From: Eledone cirrhosa
Taxonomy: Eukaryota
DNA: 64,000 nucleotides
Direction of reading: 5' to 3'
Assembly (NCBI GenBank): GCA_964016885.1
Contig: OZ024744.1
Span: forward strand, 18,662,001-18,726,000
Below are positions 27,501 through 41,500 of the stretch, piece after piece. How positions within the stretch are numbered: the stretch's first letter is position 1; each line of letters starts with the position of its first letter. Below the pieces are notes generated by a model that saw nothing but the letters and a program-made list of their open reading frames with translations, was not told the DNA's origin and did no database searches. A program made the position numbers and the translations under genes.

Positions 27501-29555
27501 TGTGTCACTGTGTATGTCACTGTATCTGAGTGTATGTCTGTGTCACTGTGTATGTCACAGTGTGTTTCTGTATGTCTGTGTCACTGTCTATGTCACTGTA
27601 TGTTTCTGAATGGCTGTGTCACTGTGTATGTCACTGTGTGTTTGTGTATGTCTGTGTCACTGTATGTTTCTGTATGTATGTGTCACTGTGTATGTCACTG
27701 TGTGTTTCTGTATGTCTGTGTCACTGTGTATGACATTGTATCTTTGTGTATGTCTGTGTCACTGTGTATGTCACTGTATGTTTGTGTCACTGTGTATGTC
27801 ACTGTGTGTTTCTGTATGTCTGTGTCACTCTGTATGTCACTGTATATTTCTGTATGTCTGTGTCACTGTGTATGTCACTGTATGTTTCTGTATGTATGTG
27901 TCACTGTGTATGTCACTGTATGCTTATGTATGTCTGTGTCACTGTGTATGTCACTGTATCTTTGTGTATGTCTGTGTCCCTGTGTATGTCACTGTATGTT
28001 TCTGTATGTTTGTGTCACTGTGTATGTCACTGTGTGTTTCTGTATGTCTGTGTCACTGTGTATGTCACTGTGTGTTTCTGTATGTTTGTGTTACTGTGTA
28101 TGTCACTAAATGTTTGTGTGTGTCTGTGTCTCTGTGTATGTCACTGTTTGTTTGCGTGTGTCTGTGTCACTGTGTATGCCACTGTGTGTTTCTGTATGTC
28201 ACTGTGTGTTTGTGCATGTCTGTGTCACTGTATCTTTGTGTATGCCTGTGTCACTGTGTATGTCACTGTGTGTTTCTGTATGTTTGTGTCACTGTGTATG
28301 TCACTAAATGTTTGTGTGTGTCTGTGTCACTGTGTATGTCACTGTGTGTTTCTGTATGTCTGTGTGACTGTGTATGTGACTGTTTGTTTCTGTATGTCTG
28401 TGTCACTGTGTATGTCACTGTGTGTTTCTGTATGTCTGTGTCACTGTGTATGTCACTGTATGTTTCTGTATGTCTGTTTCACTGTGTATATCACTGTGTG
28501 TTTCTGTATGTCTGTGTCACTGTATACGTCACTGTATCTTTGTGTATGCCTGTGTCACTGTCTATGTCTCTGTATGTTTCTGTATGTCTGTGTCACTATG
28601 TATGCCACTGTATATTTGTGTTGTCTGTGTCATTGTGTATGTCACTGGGTGTTTCTGTATGTCTGTGTCACTGTGTATGACACTGTGTCTTTCTGTATGT
28701 ATGTATCACTGTGTATGTCACTGTGTGTATATGTATGTCTGTGTCACTGTGTAAGTCATTGTATCTTTGTGTATGTCTGTGGCACTCTGTATGTCGTTGT
28801 GTGTTTCTGTATGTATGTGTCTCTGTGTATGTCACTGTATATTTGTGTATGTATGTGTCACTGTGTATGTCACTGTGAGTTTCTCTATGTCTGTGTCACT
28901 GTGTATATCAATGTGTGTTTCTGTATGTCTGTGTCACTGTATATGTCACTGTATCTTTGTGTATGCCTGTGTCACTGTCTATGTCTCTGTATGTTTCTGT
29001 ATGTCTGTGTCACTATGTATGCCACTGTATATTTATGTTGTCTGTGTCATTGTGTATGTCACTGGGTGTTTCTGTATGTCTGTGTCACAGTGTAAGTCAT
29101 TGTATCTTTGTGTATGTCTGTGGCACTCTGTATGTCGTTGTGTGTTTCTGTATGTATGTGTCTCTGTGTATGTCACTGTATATTTGTGTATGTATGTGTC
29201 ACTGTGTATGTCACTGTGAGTTTCTCTATGTCTGTGTCACTGTGTATGTCACTGTATGTCTCTGTATGTCTGTGTCACTGTCTATGTCACTGTATCTTTG
29301 TGTATGTCTGTGTCAACATATATGTCACTGTGTGTTTATGTATTTCTGTGTCTCTGTGTATGCCACTGTATCTTTGTGTATGTCTGCGGCACTGTGTATG
29401 TCACTGTGTGTTTCTGTGTGTCTGTGTCTCTGTGTATGTCACTGTATGTTTCTGTATGTCTGTTTCACTGTGTATGTCACTGTGTCTTTATGTATGTCTG
29501 TGTCACTCTGTATGTCACTGTATATTTCTGTATGTCTGTGTCACTGTGTATATCA
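13681..29555. repeat. ~8.03-kb higher-order tandem duplication
   Basis: Offset 8032 (13870/21902, 15909/23941, 16993/25025, 18012/26044, 19578/27610), then 8022 after a 10-bp deletion at ~27780 (20088/28110, 21234/29256). Shared variants TGTGGGACT (~18023/~26055) and TATCTGAGTG (19491/27523). Confidence 0.9.
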
Positions 29556-32500
29556 CTGTATGTTTCTGTATGTCTGTGTCACTGTGTATGTCACTGTGTG
29601 TTTCTGTATGGCTGTGTCACTGTGTATGTCACTGTATCTTTGTGTATGTCTGTGTCACTGTGTATGTCACAGTGTGTTTCTGTATGTCTGTGTCACTGTC
29701 TATGTCACTGTATGTTTCTGAATGTCTGTGTCAGTGTGTATGTCACTGTGTGTTTGTGTATGTCTGTGTCACTGTATGTTTCTGTATGTCTGTGTCACTG
29801 TGTATGTCACTGTGTGTTTCTGTATGTCTGTGTCACTGTGTATGACATTGTATCTTTGTGTATATCTGTGTCACTGTGTATGTCACTGTATGTTTCTGTA
29901 TGTTTGTGTCACTGTGTATGTCACTGTGTGTTTCTGTATGTTTGTGTCTCTGTGTATGTCACTGTATGTTTCTGTATGTCTGTTTCACTGTGTATGTACT
30001 GTGTCTTTATGTATGTCTGTGTCACTCTGTATGTCACTGTATATTTCTGTATGTCTGTGTCACTGTGTATGTCACTGTATGTTTCTGTATGTCTGTGTCA
30101 CTGTGTATGTCACTGTATGCTTCTGTATGTCTGTGTCACTGTGTATGTCACTGTATCTTTGTGTATGTCTGTGTCGCTGTGTATGTCACTGTATGTTTCT
30201 GTATGTTTGTGTCACTGTGTATGTCACTGTGTGTTTCTGTATGTCTGTGTCACTGTGTATGTCACTGTGTGTTTCTGTATGTTTGTGTCACTGTGTATGT
30301 CACTAAATGTTTGTGTGTGTCTGTGTCTCTGTGTATGTCACTGTTTGTTTGCGTGTGTCTGTGTCACTGTGTATGTCACTGTGTGTTTCTGTATGTCTGT
30401 GTGACTGTCTATGTCACTGTGTGTTTCTGTATGTTTGTGTCACTGTGTATGTCACTAAATGTTTGTGTGTGTCTGTGTCTCTGTGTATGTCACTGTTTGT
30501 TTGCGTGTGTCTGTGTCACTGTGTATGTCACTGTATGTTTCTGTATGTCTGTGTCACTTTGTATGTCACTGTGTGTTTCTGTATGTATGTGTCACCGTGT
30601 ATGTCACTCTATCTTTGTGTATGCCTGTGTCACTGTGTATGTCACTGTGTGTTTCTGTATGTTTGTGTCACTGTGTATGTCACTAAATGTTTGTGTGTGT
30701 CTGTGTCACTGTGTATGTCACTGTGTGTTTCTGTATGTCTGTGTGACTGTGTATGTCACTGTTTGTTTGTGTATGTCTGTGTCACTGTGTGTGTTTCTGT
30801 ATGTCTGTGTCACTGTGTATGTCATTGCATCTTTGTGTATGTCTGTCTCACTGTGTATGTCACTGTGTGTTTCTGCATGTCTGTGTCACTGTGTATGTCA
30901 CTGTGTGTTTCTGTATGTCTGTGTCACTGTGTATGTCACTGTATGTTTCTGTATGTCTCTTTCACTGTGTATATCACTGTGTGTTTCTGTATGTCTGTGT
31001 CACTGTATATGTCACTGTATCTTTGTGTATGCCTGTGTCACTGTCTATGTCACTGTATGTTTCTGTATGTCTGTTTCACTGTGTATGTCACTGTATATTT
31101 GTGTATGTCTGTGTCACTCTGTATGTCACTGTGTGTTTCTGTATGTATGTGTCACTATGTATGCCACTGTATATTTGTGTTGTCTGTGTCATTGTGTATG
31201 TCACTGGGTGTTTTTGTATGTCTGTGTCACTGTGTATGACACTGTGTCTTTCTGTATGTATGTATCACTGTGTATGTCACTGTGTGTATCTGTATGTCGG
31301 TGTCACTGTGTAAGTCATTGTATCTTTGTGTATGTCTGTGGCACTCTGTATGTCGTTGTGTGTTTCTGTATGTATGTGTCTCTGTGTATGTCACTGTATA
31401 TTTGTGTGTGTATGTGTCACTGTGTATGTCACTGTGAGTTTCTCTATGTCTGTGTCACTGTGTATGTCACTGTATGTCTCTGTATGTCTGTGTCACTGTC
31501 TATGTCACTGTATCTTTGTGTATGTCTGTGTCACTGTGTATGTCACTGTGTGTTTCTGTATGTCTGTGTCACTGTGTATGTCACAGTTTGTTTCTGTATA
31601 TATGTGTCTCTGTGTATGTCACTGTAGTTTTGTGTATGTATGTGTCACTGTGTGTTTCTGTATGTCTGTGTCACTGTGTATGTCACTGTATGTTTCTGTA
31701 TGTCTGTGTCACTGTGTATGTCACTGTTTGTTTCTGTATGTATGTGTCACTGTGTATGTCACCGTATGTGTGTGTATGTCTGTGTCACGGTGTATGTCAC
31801 TGTATCTTAGTGTATGCCTGTGTCACTGTGTATGTCACTGTGAGTTTCTGTATGTCTGTGTCTCTGTGTATGTCACTGTATGTTTCTGTATGTCTGTGTC
31901 ACTGTGTATATCACTGTGTGTTTCTGTATATCTGTGTCTCTGTGTATGTCACTGTATCTTTGTGTATGTCTGGGTCACTGTGTATGTCACTGTATATTTG
32001 TGTATGTCTGTGTCACGGTGTATATCACTGTATGTTTGTGTATGTTTGTGTCACTGTGTATGTCACTGTGTGTTTCTGTATGTCTGTGTCACTGTGTATA
32101 TCAATGTGTGTTTCTGTATCTCTGTGTCACGGTGTATGTCACTGCATGTTTGTGTATGTCTGTGTGACTGTGTATGTCACTGTGTGTTTCTGTATGGCTG
32201 TGTCACTGTGTATGTCACTGTATCTTTGTGTATGTCTGTGTCACTGTGTATGTCACAGTGTGTTTCTGTATGTCTGTGTCACTGTATATGTCACTGTATT
32301 TTTCTGAATGTATGTGTCACTGTGTATGTCACTGTGTGTTTCTGTATGTCTGTGTCACGGTGTATGTCACTGTATGTTTGTGTGTGACTGTGTCACTGTG
32401 TGTTTGTGTATGTCTGTGTCACTGTAAGTTTCTGTATGTATGTGTCACTGTGTATGTCACTGTGTGTTTCTGGATGTCTGTGTCACTGTGTATGTCATTG

Positions 32501-35500
32501 TATCTTTGTGTATGTCTGTGTCACTGTGTATGTCACTGTATGTTTCTGTAAGTTTGTGTCACTGTGTATGTCACTGTGTGTTTCTGTATGTCTGTGTCTC
32601 TGTGTATGTCACTGTATGTTTCTGTATGTCTGTTTCACTGTGTATGTCACTGTGTCTTTATGTATGTCTGTGTCACTCTGTATGTCACTGTATATTTCTG
32701 TATGTCTGTGTCACTGTGTATATCACTGTATGTTTCTGTATGTCTGTGTCACTATCTATGTCACTGTATGTTTCTAAATGGCTGTGTCACTGTGTATGTC
32801 ACTGTGTGTTTGTGTATGTCTGTGTCACTGTATGTGTCTGTATGTATGTGTCACTGTGTATGTCACTGTGTGTTTCTGTATGTCTGTGTCACTGTGTATG
32901 ACATTGTATCTTTGTGTATGTCTGTGTCACTGTGTATGTCACTGTATGTTTCTGTATATTTGTGTCACTGTGTATGTCACTGTGTGTTTCTGTATGTTTG
33001 TGTCTCTGTGTATGTCACTGTATGTTTCTGTATGTCTGTTTCACTGTGTATGTCACTGTGTCTTTATGTATGTCTGTGTCACTCTGTATGTCACTGTATA
33101 TTTCTGTATGTCTGTGTCACTGTGTATGTCACTGTATGTTTCTGTATGTATGTGTCACTGTGTATGTCACTGTATGCTTATGTATGTCTGTGTCACTGTG
33201 TATGTCACTGTATCTTTGTGTATGTCTGTGTCCCTGTGTATGTCACTGTATGTTTCTGTATGTTTGTGTCACTGTGTATGTCACTGTGTGTTTCTGTATG
33301 TCTGTGTCACTGTGTATGTCACTAAATGTTTGTGTGTGTCTGTGTCTCTGTGTATGTCACTGTTTGTTTGCGTGTGTCTGTGTCACTGTGTATGCCACTG
33401 TGTGTTTCTGTATGTCACTGTGTGTTTGTGCATGTCTGTGTCACTGTATGTTTCTGTATGTCTGTGTCACTGTGTATATCACTGTGTGTTTCTGTATGTA
33501 TGTGTCACCGTGTATGTCACTGTATATTTGTGTATGCCTGTGTCACTGTGTATGTCACTGTGTGTTTCTGTATGTTTGTGTCACTGTGTATGTCACTAAA
33601 TGTTTGTGTGTGTCTGTGTCACTGTGTATGTCACTGTGTGTTTCTGTATGTCTGTGTGACTGTGTATGTGACTGTTTGTTTCTGCATGTCTGTGTCACTG
33701 TGTATGTCACTGTGTGTTTCTGTATGTCTGTGTCACTGTGTATGTCACTGTATGTTTCTGTATGTCTGTTTCACTGTGTATATCACTGTGTGTTTCTGTA
33801 TGTCTGTGTCACTGTATACGTCACTGTATCTTTGTGTATGCCTGTGTCACTGTCTATGTCTCTGTATGTTTCTGTATGTCTGTGTCACTATGTATGCCAC
33901 TGTATATTTGTGTTGTCTGTGTCATTGTGTATGTCACTGGGTGTTTCTGTATGTCTGTGTCACTGTGTATGACACTGTGTCTTTCTGTATGTATGTATCA
34001 CTGTGTATGTCACTGTGTGTATCTGTATGTCTGTGTCACTGTGTAAGTCATTGTATCTTTGTGTATGTCTGTGGCACTCTGTATGTCGTTGTGTGTTTCT
34101 GTATGTATGTGTCTCTGTGTATGTCACTGTATATTTGTGTATGTATGTGTCACTGTGTATGTCACTGTGAGTTTCTCTATGTCTGTGTCACTGTGTATAT
34201 CAATGTGTGTTTCTGTATGTCTGTGTCACTGTATATGTCACTGTATCTTTGTGTATGCCTGTGTCACTGTCTATGTCTCTGTATGTTTCTGTATGTCTGT
34301 GTCACTATGTATGCCACTGTATATTTATGTTGTCTGTGTCATTGTGTATGTCACTGGGTGTTTCTGTATGTCTGTGTCACTGTGTATGACACTGTGTCTT
34401 TCTGTATGTATGTATCACTGTGTATGTCACTGTGTGTATCTGTATGTCTGTGTCACTGTGTAAGTCATTGTATCTTTGTGTATGTCTGTGGCACTCTGTA
34501 TGTCGTTGTGTGTTTCTGTATGTATGTGTCTCTGTGTATGTCACTGTATATTTGTGTATGTATGTGTCACTGTGTATGTCACTGTGAGTTTCTCTATGTC
34601 TGTGTCACTGTGTATGTCACTGTATGTCTCTGTATGTCTGTGTCACTGTCTATGTCACTGTATCTTTGTGTATGTCTGTGTCAACATGTATGTCACTGTG
34701 TGTTTATGTATTTCTGTGTCTCTGTGTATGCCACTGTATCTTTGTGTATGTCTGCGGCACTGTGTATGTCACTGTGTGTTTCTGTGTGTCTGTGTCTCTG
34801 TGTATGTCACTGTATGTTTCTGTATGTCTGTTTCACTGTGTATGTCACTGTGTCTTTATGTATGTCTGTGTCACTCTGTATGTCACTGTATATTTCTGTA
34901 TGTCTGTGTCACTGTGTATATCACTGTATGTTTCTGTATGTCTGTGTCACTGTGTATGTCACTGTGTGTTTCTGTATGGCTGTGTCACTGTGTATGTCAC
35001 TGTATCTTTGTGTATGTCTGTGTCACTGTGAATGTCACAGTGTGTTTCTGTATGTCTGTGTCACTGTCTATGTCACTGTATGTTTCTGAATGTCTGTGTC
35101 AGTGTGTATGTCACTGTGTGTTTGTGTATGTCTGTGTCACTGTATGTTTCTGTATATCTGTGTCACTGTGTATGTCACTGTGTGTTTCTGTATGTCTGTG
35201 TCACTGTGTATGACATTGTATCTTTGTGTATGTCTGTGTCACTGTGTATGTCACTGTATGTTTCTGTATGTTTGTGTCACTGTGTATGTCACTGTGTGTT
35301 TCTGTATGTTTGTGTCTCTGTGTATGTCACTGTATGTTTCTGTATGTCTGTTTCACTGTGTATGTCACTGTGTCTTTATGTATGTCTGTGTCACTCTGTA
35401 TGTCACTGTATATTTCTGTATGTCTGTGTCACTGTGTATGTCACTGTATGTTTCTGTATGTCTGTGTCACTGTGTATGTCACTGTATGCTTCTGTATGTC

Positions 35501-38500
35501 TGTGTCACTGTGTATGTCACTGTATCTTTGTGTATGTCTGTGTCCCTGTGTATGTCACTGTATGTTTCTGTATGTTTGTGTCACTGTGTATGTCACTGTG
35601 TGTTTCTGTATGTCTGTGTCACTGTGTATGTCACTGTGTGTTTCTGTATGTTTGTGTCACTGTGTATGTCACTAAATGTTTGTGTGTGCCTGTGTCTCTG
35701 TGTATGTCACTGTTTGTTTGCGTGTGTCTGTGTCACTGTGTATGTCACTGTGTGTTTCTGTATGTCTGTGTGACTGTCTATGTCACTGTGTGTTTCTGTA
35801 TGTTTGTGTCACTGTGTATGTCACTAAATGTTTGTGTGTGTCTGTGTCTCTGTGTATGTCACTGTTTGTTTGCGTGTGTCTGTGTCACTGTGTATGTCAC
35901 TGTATGTTTCTGTATGTCTGTGTCACTTTGTATGTCACTGTGTGTTTCTGTATGTATGTGTCACCGTGTATGTCACTGTATCTTTGTGTATGCCTGTGTC
36001 ACTGTGTATGTCACTGTGTGTTTCTGTATGTTTGTGTCACTGTGTATGTCACTAAATGTTTGTGTGTGTCTGTGTCACTGTGTATGTCACTGTGTGTTTA
36101 TGTATGTCTGTGTGACTGTGTATGTCACTGTTTGTTTGTGTATGTCTGTGTCACTGTGTGTGTTTCTGTATGTCTGTGTCATTGTGTATGTCATTGCATC
36201 TTTGTGTATGTCTGTCTCACTGTGTATGTCACTGTGTGTTTCTGCATGTCTGTGTCACTGTGTATGTCACTGTGTGTTTCTGTATGTCTGTGTCACTGTG
36301 TATGTCACTGTATGTGTGTGTATGTCTGTGTCACGGTGTATGTCACTGTATCTTAGTGTATGCCTGTGTCACTGTGTATGTCACTGTGAGTTTCTGTATG
36401 TCTGTGTCTCTGTGTATGTCACTGTATCTTTGTGCATGTATGTGTCACTGTGTATGTCACTGTATGTTTCTGTATGTCTGTGTCACCGTGTATGTCACTG
36501 TATCTTTGTGTATGCCTGTGTCACTGTGTATGTCACTGTGTGTTTCTGTATGTTTGTGTCACTGTGTATGTCACTAAATGTTTGTGTGTGTCTGTGTCAC
36601 TGTGTATGTCACTGTGTGTTTCTGTATGTCTGTGTGACTGTGTATGTCACTGTTTGTTTGTGTATGTCTGTGTCACTGTGTGTGTTTCTGTATGTCTGTG
36701 TCATTGTGTATGTCATTGCATCTTTGTGTATGTCTGTCTCACTGTGTATGTCACTGTGTGTTTCTGCATGTCTGTGTCACTGTGTATGTCACTGTGTGTT
36801 TCTGTATGTCTGTGTCACTGTGTATGTCACTGTATGTGTGTGTATGTCTGTGTCACGGTGTATGTCACTGTATCTTAGTGTATGCCTGTGTCACTGTGTA
36901 TATCACTGTGTGTTTCTGTATATCTGTGTCTCTGTGTATGTCACTGTATCTTTGTGTATGTCTGGGTCACTGTGTATGTCACTGTATATTTGTGTATGTC
37001 TGTGTCACGGTGTATATCACTGTATGTTTGTGTATGTCTGTGTCACTGTGTGTTTCTGTATGCCTGTGTCACTGTGTATATCAATGTGTGTTTCTGTATC
37101 TCTGTGTCACGGTGTATGTCACTGCATGTTTGTGTATGTCTGTGTGACTGTGTATGTCACTGTGTGTTTCTGTATGGCTGTGTCACTGTGTATGTCACTG
37201 TATCTTTGTGTATGTCTGTGTCACTGTGTATGTCACAGTGTGTTTCTGTATGTCTGTGTCACTGTATATGTCACTGTATGTTTCTGAATGTCTGTGTCAC
37301 TGTGTATGTCACTGTGTGTTTCTGTATGTCTGTGTCACGGTGTATGTCACTGTATGTTTGTGTGTGACTGTGTCACTGTGTATGTCACTGTGTGTTTGTG
37401 TATGTTTGTGTCACTGTAAGTTTCTGTATGTCTGTGTCACTGTGTATGTCACTGTGTGTTTCTGGATGTCTGTGTCACTGTGTATGTCATTGTATCTTTG
37501 TGTATGTCTGTGTCACTGTGTATGTCACTGTATGTTTCTGTAAGTTTGTGTCACTGTGTATGTCACTGTATGTTTATGTATGTCTGTTTCACTGTGTATG
37601 TCACTGTGTCTTTATGTATGTCTGTGTCACTCTGTATGTCACTGTATATTTATGTATGTCTGTGTCACTGTGTATGTCACTGTATGTTTCTGTATGTCTG
37701 TGTCACTGTGTATGTCACTGTATGCTTCTGTATGTCTGTGTCACTGTGTATGTCACTGTATCTTTGTGTATGTCTGTGTCCCTGTGTATGTCACTGTATG
37801 TTTCTGTATGTTTGTGTCACTGTGTATGTCACTGTGTGTTTCTGTATGTCTGTGTCACTGTGTATGTCACTGTGTGTTTCTGTATGTTTGTGTCACTGTG
37901 TATGTCACTAAATGTTTGTGTGTGTCTGTGTCTCTGTGTATGTCACTGTTTGTTTGCGTGTGTCTGTGTCACTGTGTATGTCACTGTGTGTTTCTATATG
38001 GCTGTGTGACTGTCTATGTCACTGTGTGTTTCTGTATGTTTGTGTCACTGTGTATGTCACTAAATGTTTGTGTGTGTCTGTGTCTCTGTGTATGTCACTG
38101 TTTGTTTGCGTGTGTCTGTGTCACTGTGTATGTCACTGTATGTTTCTGTATGTCTGTGTCACTTTGTATGTCACTGTGTGTTTCTGTATGTATGTGTCAC
38201 CGTGTATGACACTGTATCTTTGTGTATGCCTGTGTCACTGTGTATGTCACTGTGTGTTTCTGTATGTTTGTGTCACTGTGTATGTCACTAAATGTTTGTG
38301 TGTGTCTGTGTCACTGTGTATGTCACTGTGTGTTTCTGTATGTCTGTGTGACTGTGTATGTCACTGTTTGTTTGTGTATGTCTGTGTCACTGTGTGTGTT
38401 TCTGTATGTCTGTGTCACTGTGTATGTCATTGCATCTTTGTGTATGTCTGTCTCACTGTGTATGTCACTGTGTGTTTCTGCATGTCTGTGTCACTGTGTA

Positions 38501-41500
38501 TGTCACTGTGTGTTTCTGTATGTATGTGTCACTGTGTATGTCACTGTATGTTTCTGTATGTCTCTTTCACTGTGTATATCACTGTGTGTTTCTGTATGTC
38601 TGTGTCACTGTATATGTCACTGTATCTTTGTGTATGCCTGTGTCACTGTCTATGTCACTGTATGTTTCTGTATGTCTGTTTCACTGTGTATGTCACTGTA
38701 TATTTGTGTATGTCTGTGTCACTCTGTATGTCACTGTGTGTTTCTGTATGTCTGTGTCACTATGTATGCCACTGTATATTTGTGTTGTCTGTGTCATTGT
38801 GTATGTCACTGGGTGTTTCTGTATGTCTGTGTCACTGTGTATGACACTGTGTCTTTCTGTATGTATGTATCACTGTGTATGTCACTGTGTGTATCTGTAT
38901 GTCGGTGTCACTGTGTAAGTCATTGTATCTTTGTGTATGTCTGTGGGACTCTGTATGTCGTTGTGTGTTTCTGTATGTATGTGTCTCTGTGTATGTCACT
39001 GTATATTTGTGTATGTATGTGTCACTGTGTATGTCACTGTGAGTTTCTCTATGTCTGTGTCACTGTGTATGTCACTGTATGTCTCTGTATGTCTGTGTCA
39101 CTGTCTATGTCACTGTATCTTTGTGTATGTCTGTGTCACTGTGTATGTCACTGTGTGTTTCTGTATGTCTGTGTCACTGTGTATGTCACAGTTTGTTTCT
39201 GTATATATGTGTCTCTGTGTATGTCACTGTAGTCTTGTGTATGTATGTGTCACTGTGTGTTTCTGTATGTCTGTGTCACTGTGTATGTCACTGTATGTTT
39301 CTGTATGTCTGTGTCACTGTGTATGTCACTGTTTGTTTCTGTATGTATGTGTCACTGTGTATGTCACCGTATGTGTGTGTATGTCTGTGTCACGGTGTAT
39401 GTCACTGTATCTTAGTGTATGCCTGTGTCACAGTGTATGTCACTGTGAGTTTCTGTATGTCTGTGTCTCTGTGTATGTCACTGTATGTTTCTGTATGTCT
39501 GTGTCACTGTGTATATCACTGTGTGTTTCTGTATATCTGTGTCTCTGTGTATGTCACTGTATCTTTGTGTATGTCTGGGTCACTGTGTATGTCACTGTAT
39601 ATTTGTGTATGTCTGTGTCACGGGGTATATCACTGTATGTTTGTGTATGTCTGTGTCACTGTGTATGTCACTGTGTGTTTCTGTATGTCTGTGTCACTGT
39701 GTATATCAATGTGTGTTTCTGTATCTCTGTGTCACGGTGTATGTCACTGCATGTTTGTGTATGTCTGTGTGACTGTGTATGTCACTGTGTGTTTCTGTAT
39801 GGCTGTGTCACTGTGTATGTCACTGTATCTTTGTGTATGTCTGTGTCACTGTGTATGTCACAGTGTGTTTCTGTATGTCTGTGTCACTGTATATGTCACT
39901 GTATGTTTCTGAATGTCTGTGTCACTGTGTATGTCACTGTGTGTTTCTGTATGTCTGTGTCACGGTGTATGTCACTGTATGTTTGTGTGTGACTGTGTCA
40001 CTGTGTGTTTGTGTATGTCTGTGTCACTGTAAGTTTCTGTATGTCTGTGTCACTGTGTATGTCACTGTGTGTTTCTGGATGTCTGTGTCACTGTGTATGT
40101 CATTGTATCTTTGTGTATGTCTGTGTCACTGTGTATGTCACTGTATGTTTCTGTAAGTTTGTGTCACTGTGTATGTCACTATGTGTTTCTGTATGTCTGT
40201 GTCTCTGTGTATGTCACTGTATGTTTCTGTATGTCTGTTTCACTGTGTATGTCACTGTGTCTTTATGTATGTCTGTGTCACTCTGTATGTCACTGTATAT
40301 TTCTGTATGTCTGTGTCACTGTGTATATCACTGTATGTTTCTGTATGTCTGTGTCACTGTGTATGTCACTGTGTGTTTCTGTATGGCTGTGTCACTGTGT
40401 ATGTCACTGTATCTGAGTGTATGTCTGTGTCACTGTGTATGTCACAGTGTGTTTCTGTATGTCTGTGTCACTGTCTATGTCACTGTATGTTTCTGAATGG
40501 CTGTGTCACTGTGTATGTCACTGTGTGTTTGTGTATGTCTGTGTCACTGTATGTTTCTGTATGTATGTGTCACTGTGTATGTCACTGTGTGTTTCTGTAT
40601 GTCTGTGTCACTGTGTATGACATTGTATCTTTGTGTATGTCTGTGTCACTGTGTATGTCACTGTATGTTTCTGTATGTTTGTGTCACTGTGTATGTCACT
40701 GTGTGTTTCTGTATGTCTGTGTCACTCTGTATGTCACTGTATATTTCTGTATGTCTGTGTCACTGTGTATGTCACTGTATGTTTCTGTATGTGTGTGTCA
40801 CTGTGTATGTCACTGTATGCTTATGTATGTCTGTGTCACTGTGTATGTCACTGTATCTTTGTGTATGTCTGTGTCCCTGTGTATGTCACTGTATGTTTCT
40901 GTATGTTTGTGTCACTGTGTATGTCACTGTGTGTTTCTGTATGTCTGTGTCACTGTGTATGTCACTGTGTGTTTCTGTATGTTTGTGTTACTGTGTATGT
41001 CACTAAATGTTTGTGTGTGTCTGTGTCTCTGTGTATGTCACTGTTTGTTTGCGTGTGTCTGTGTCACTGTGTATGCCACTGTGTGTTTCTGTATGTCACT
41101 GTGTGTTTGTGCATGTCTGTGTCACTGTATCTTTGTGTATGCCTGTGTCACTGTGTATGTCACTGTGTGTTTCTGTATGTTTGTGTCACTGTGTATGTCA
41201 CTAAATGTTTGTGTGTGTCTGTGTCACTGTGTATGTCACTGTGTGTTTCTGTATGTCTGTGTGACTGTGTATGTGACTGTTTGTTTCTGTATGTCTGTGT
41301 CACTGTGTATGTCACTGTGTGTTTCTGTATGTCTGTGTCACTGTGTATGTCACTGTATGTTTCTGTATGTCTGTTTCACTGTGTATATCACTGTGTGTTT
41401 CTGTATGTCTGTGTCACTGTATACGTCACTGTATCTTTGTGTATGCCTGTGTCACTGTCTATGTCTCTGTATGTTTCTGTATGTCTGTGTCACTATGTAT

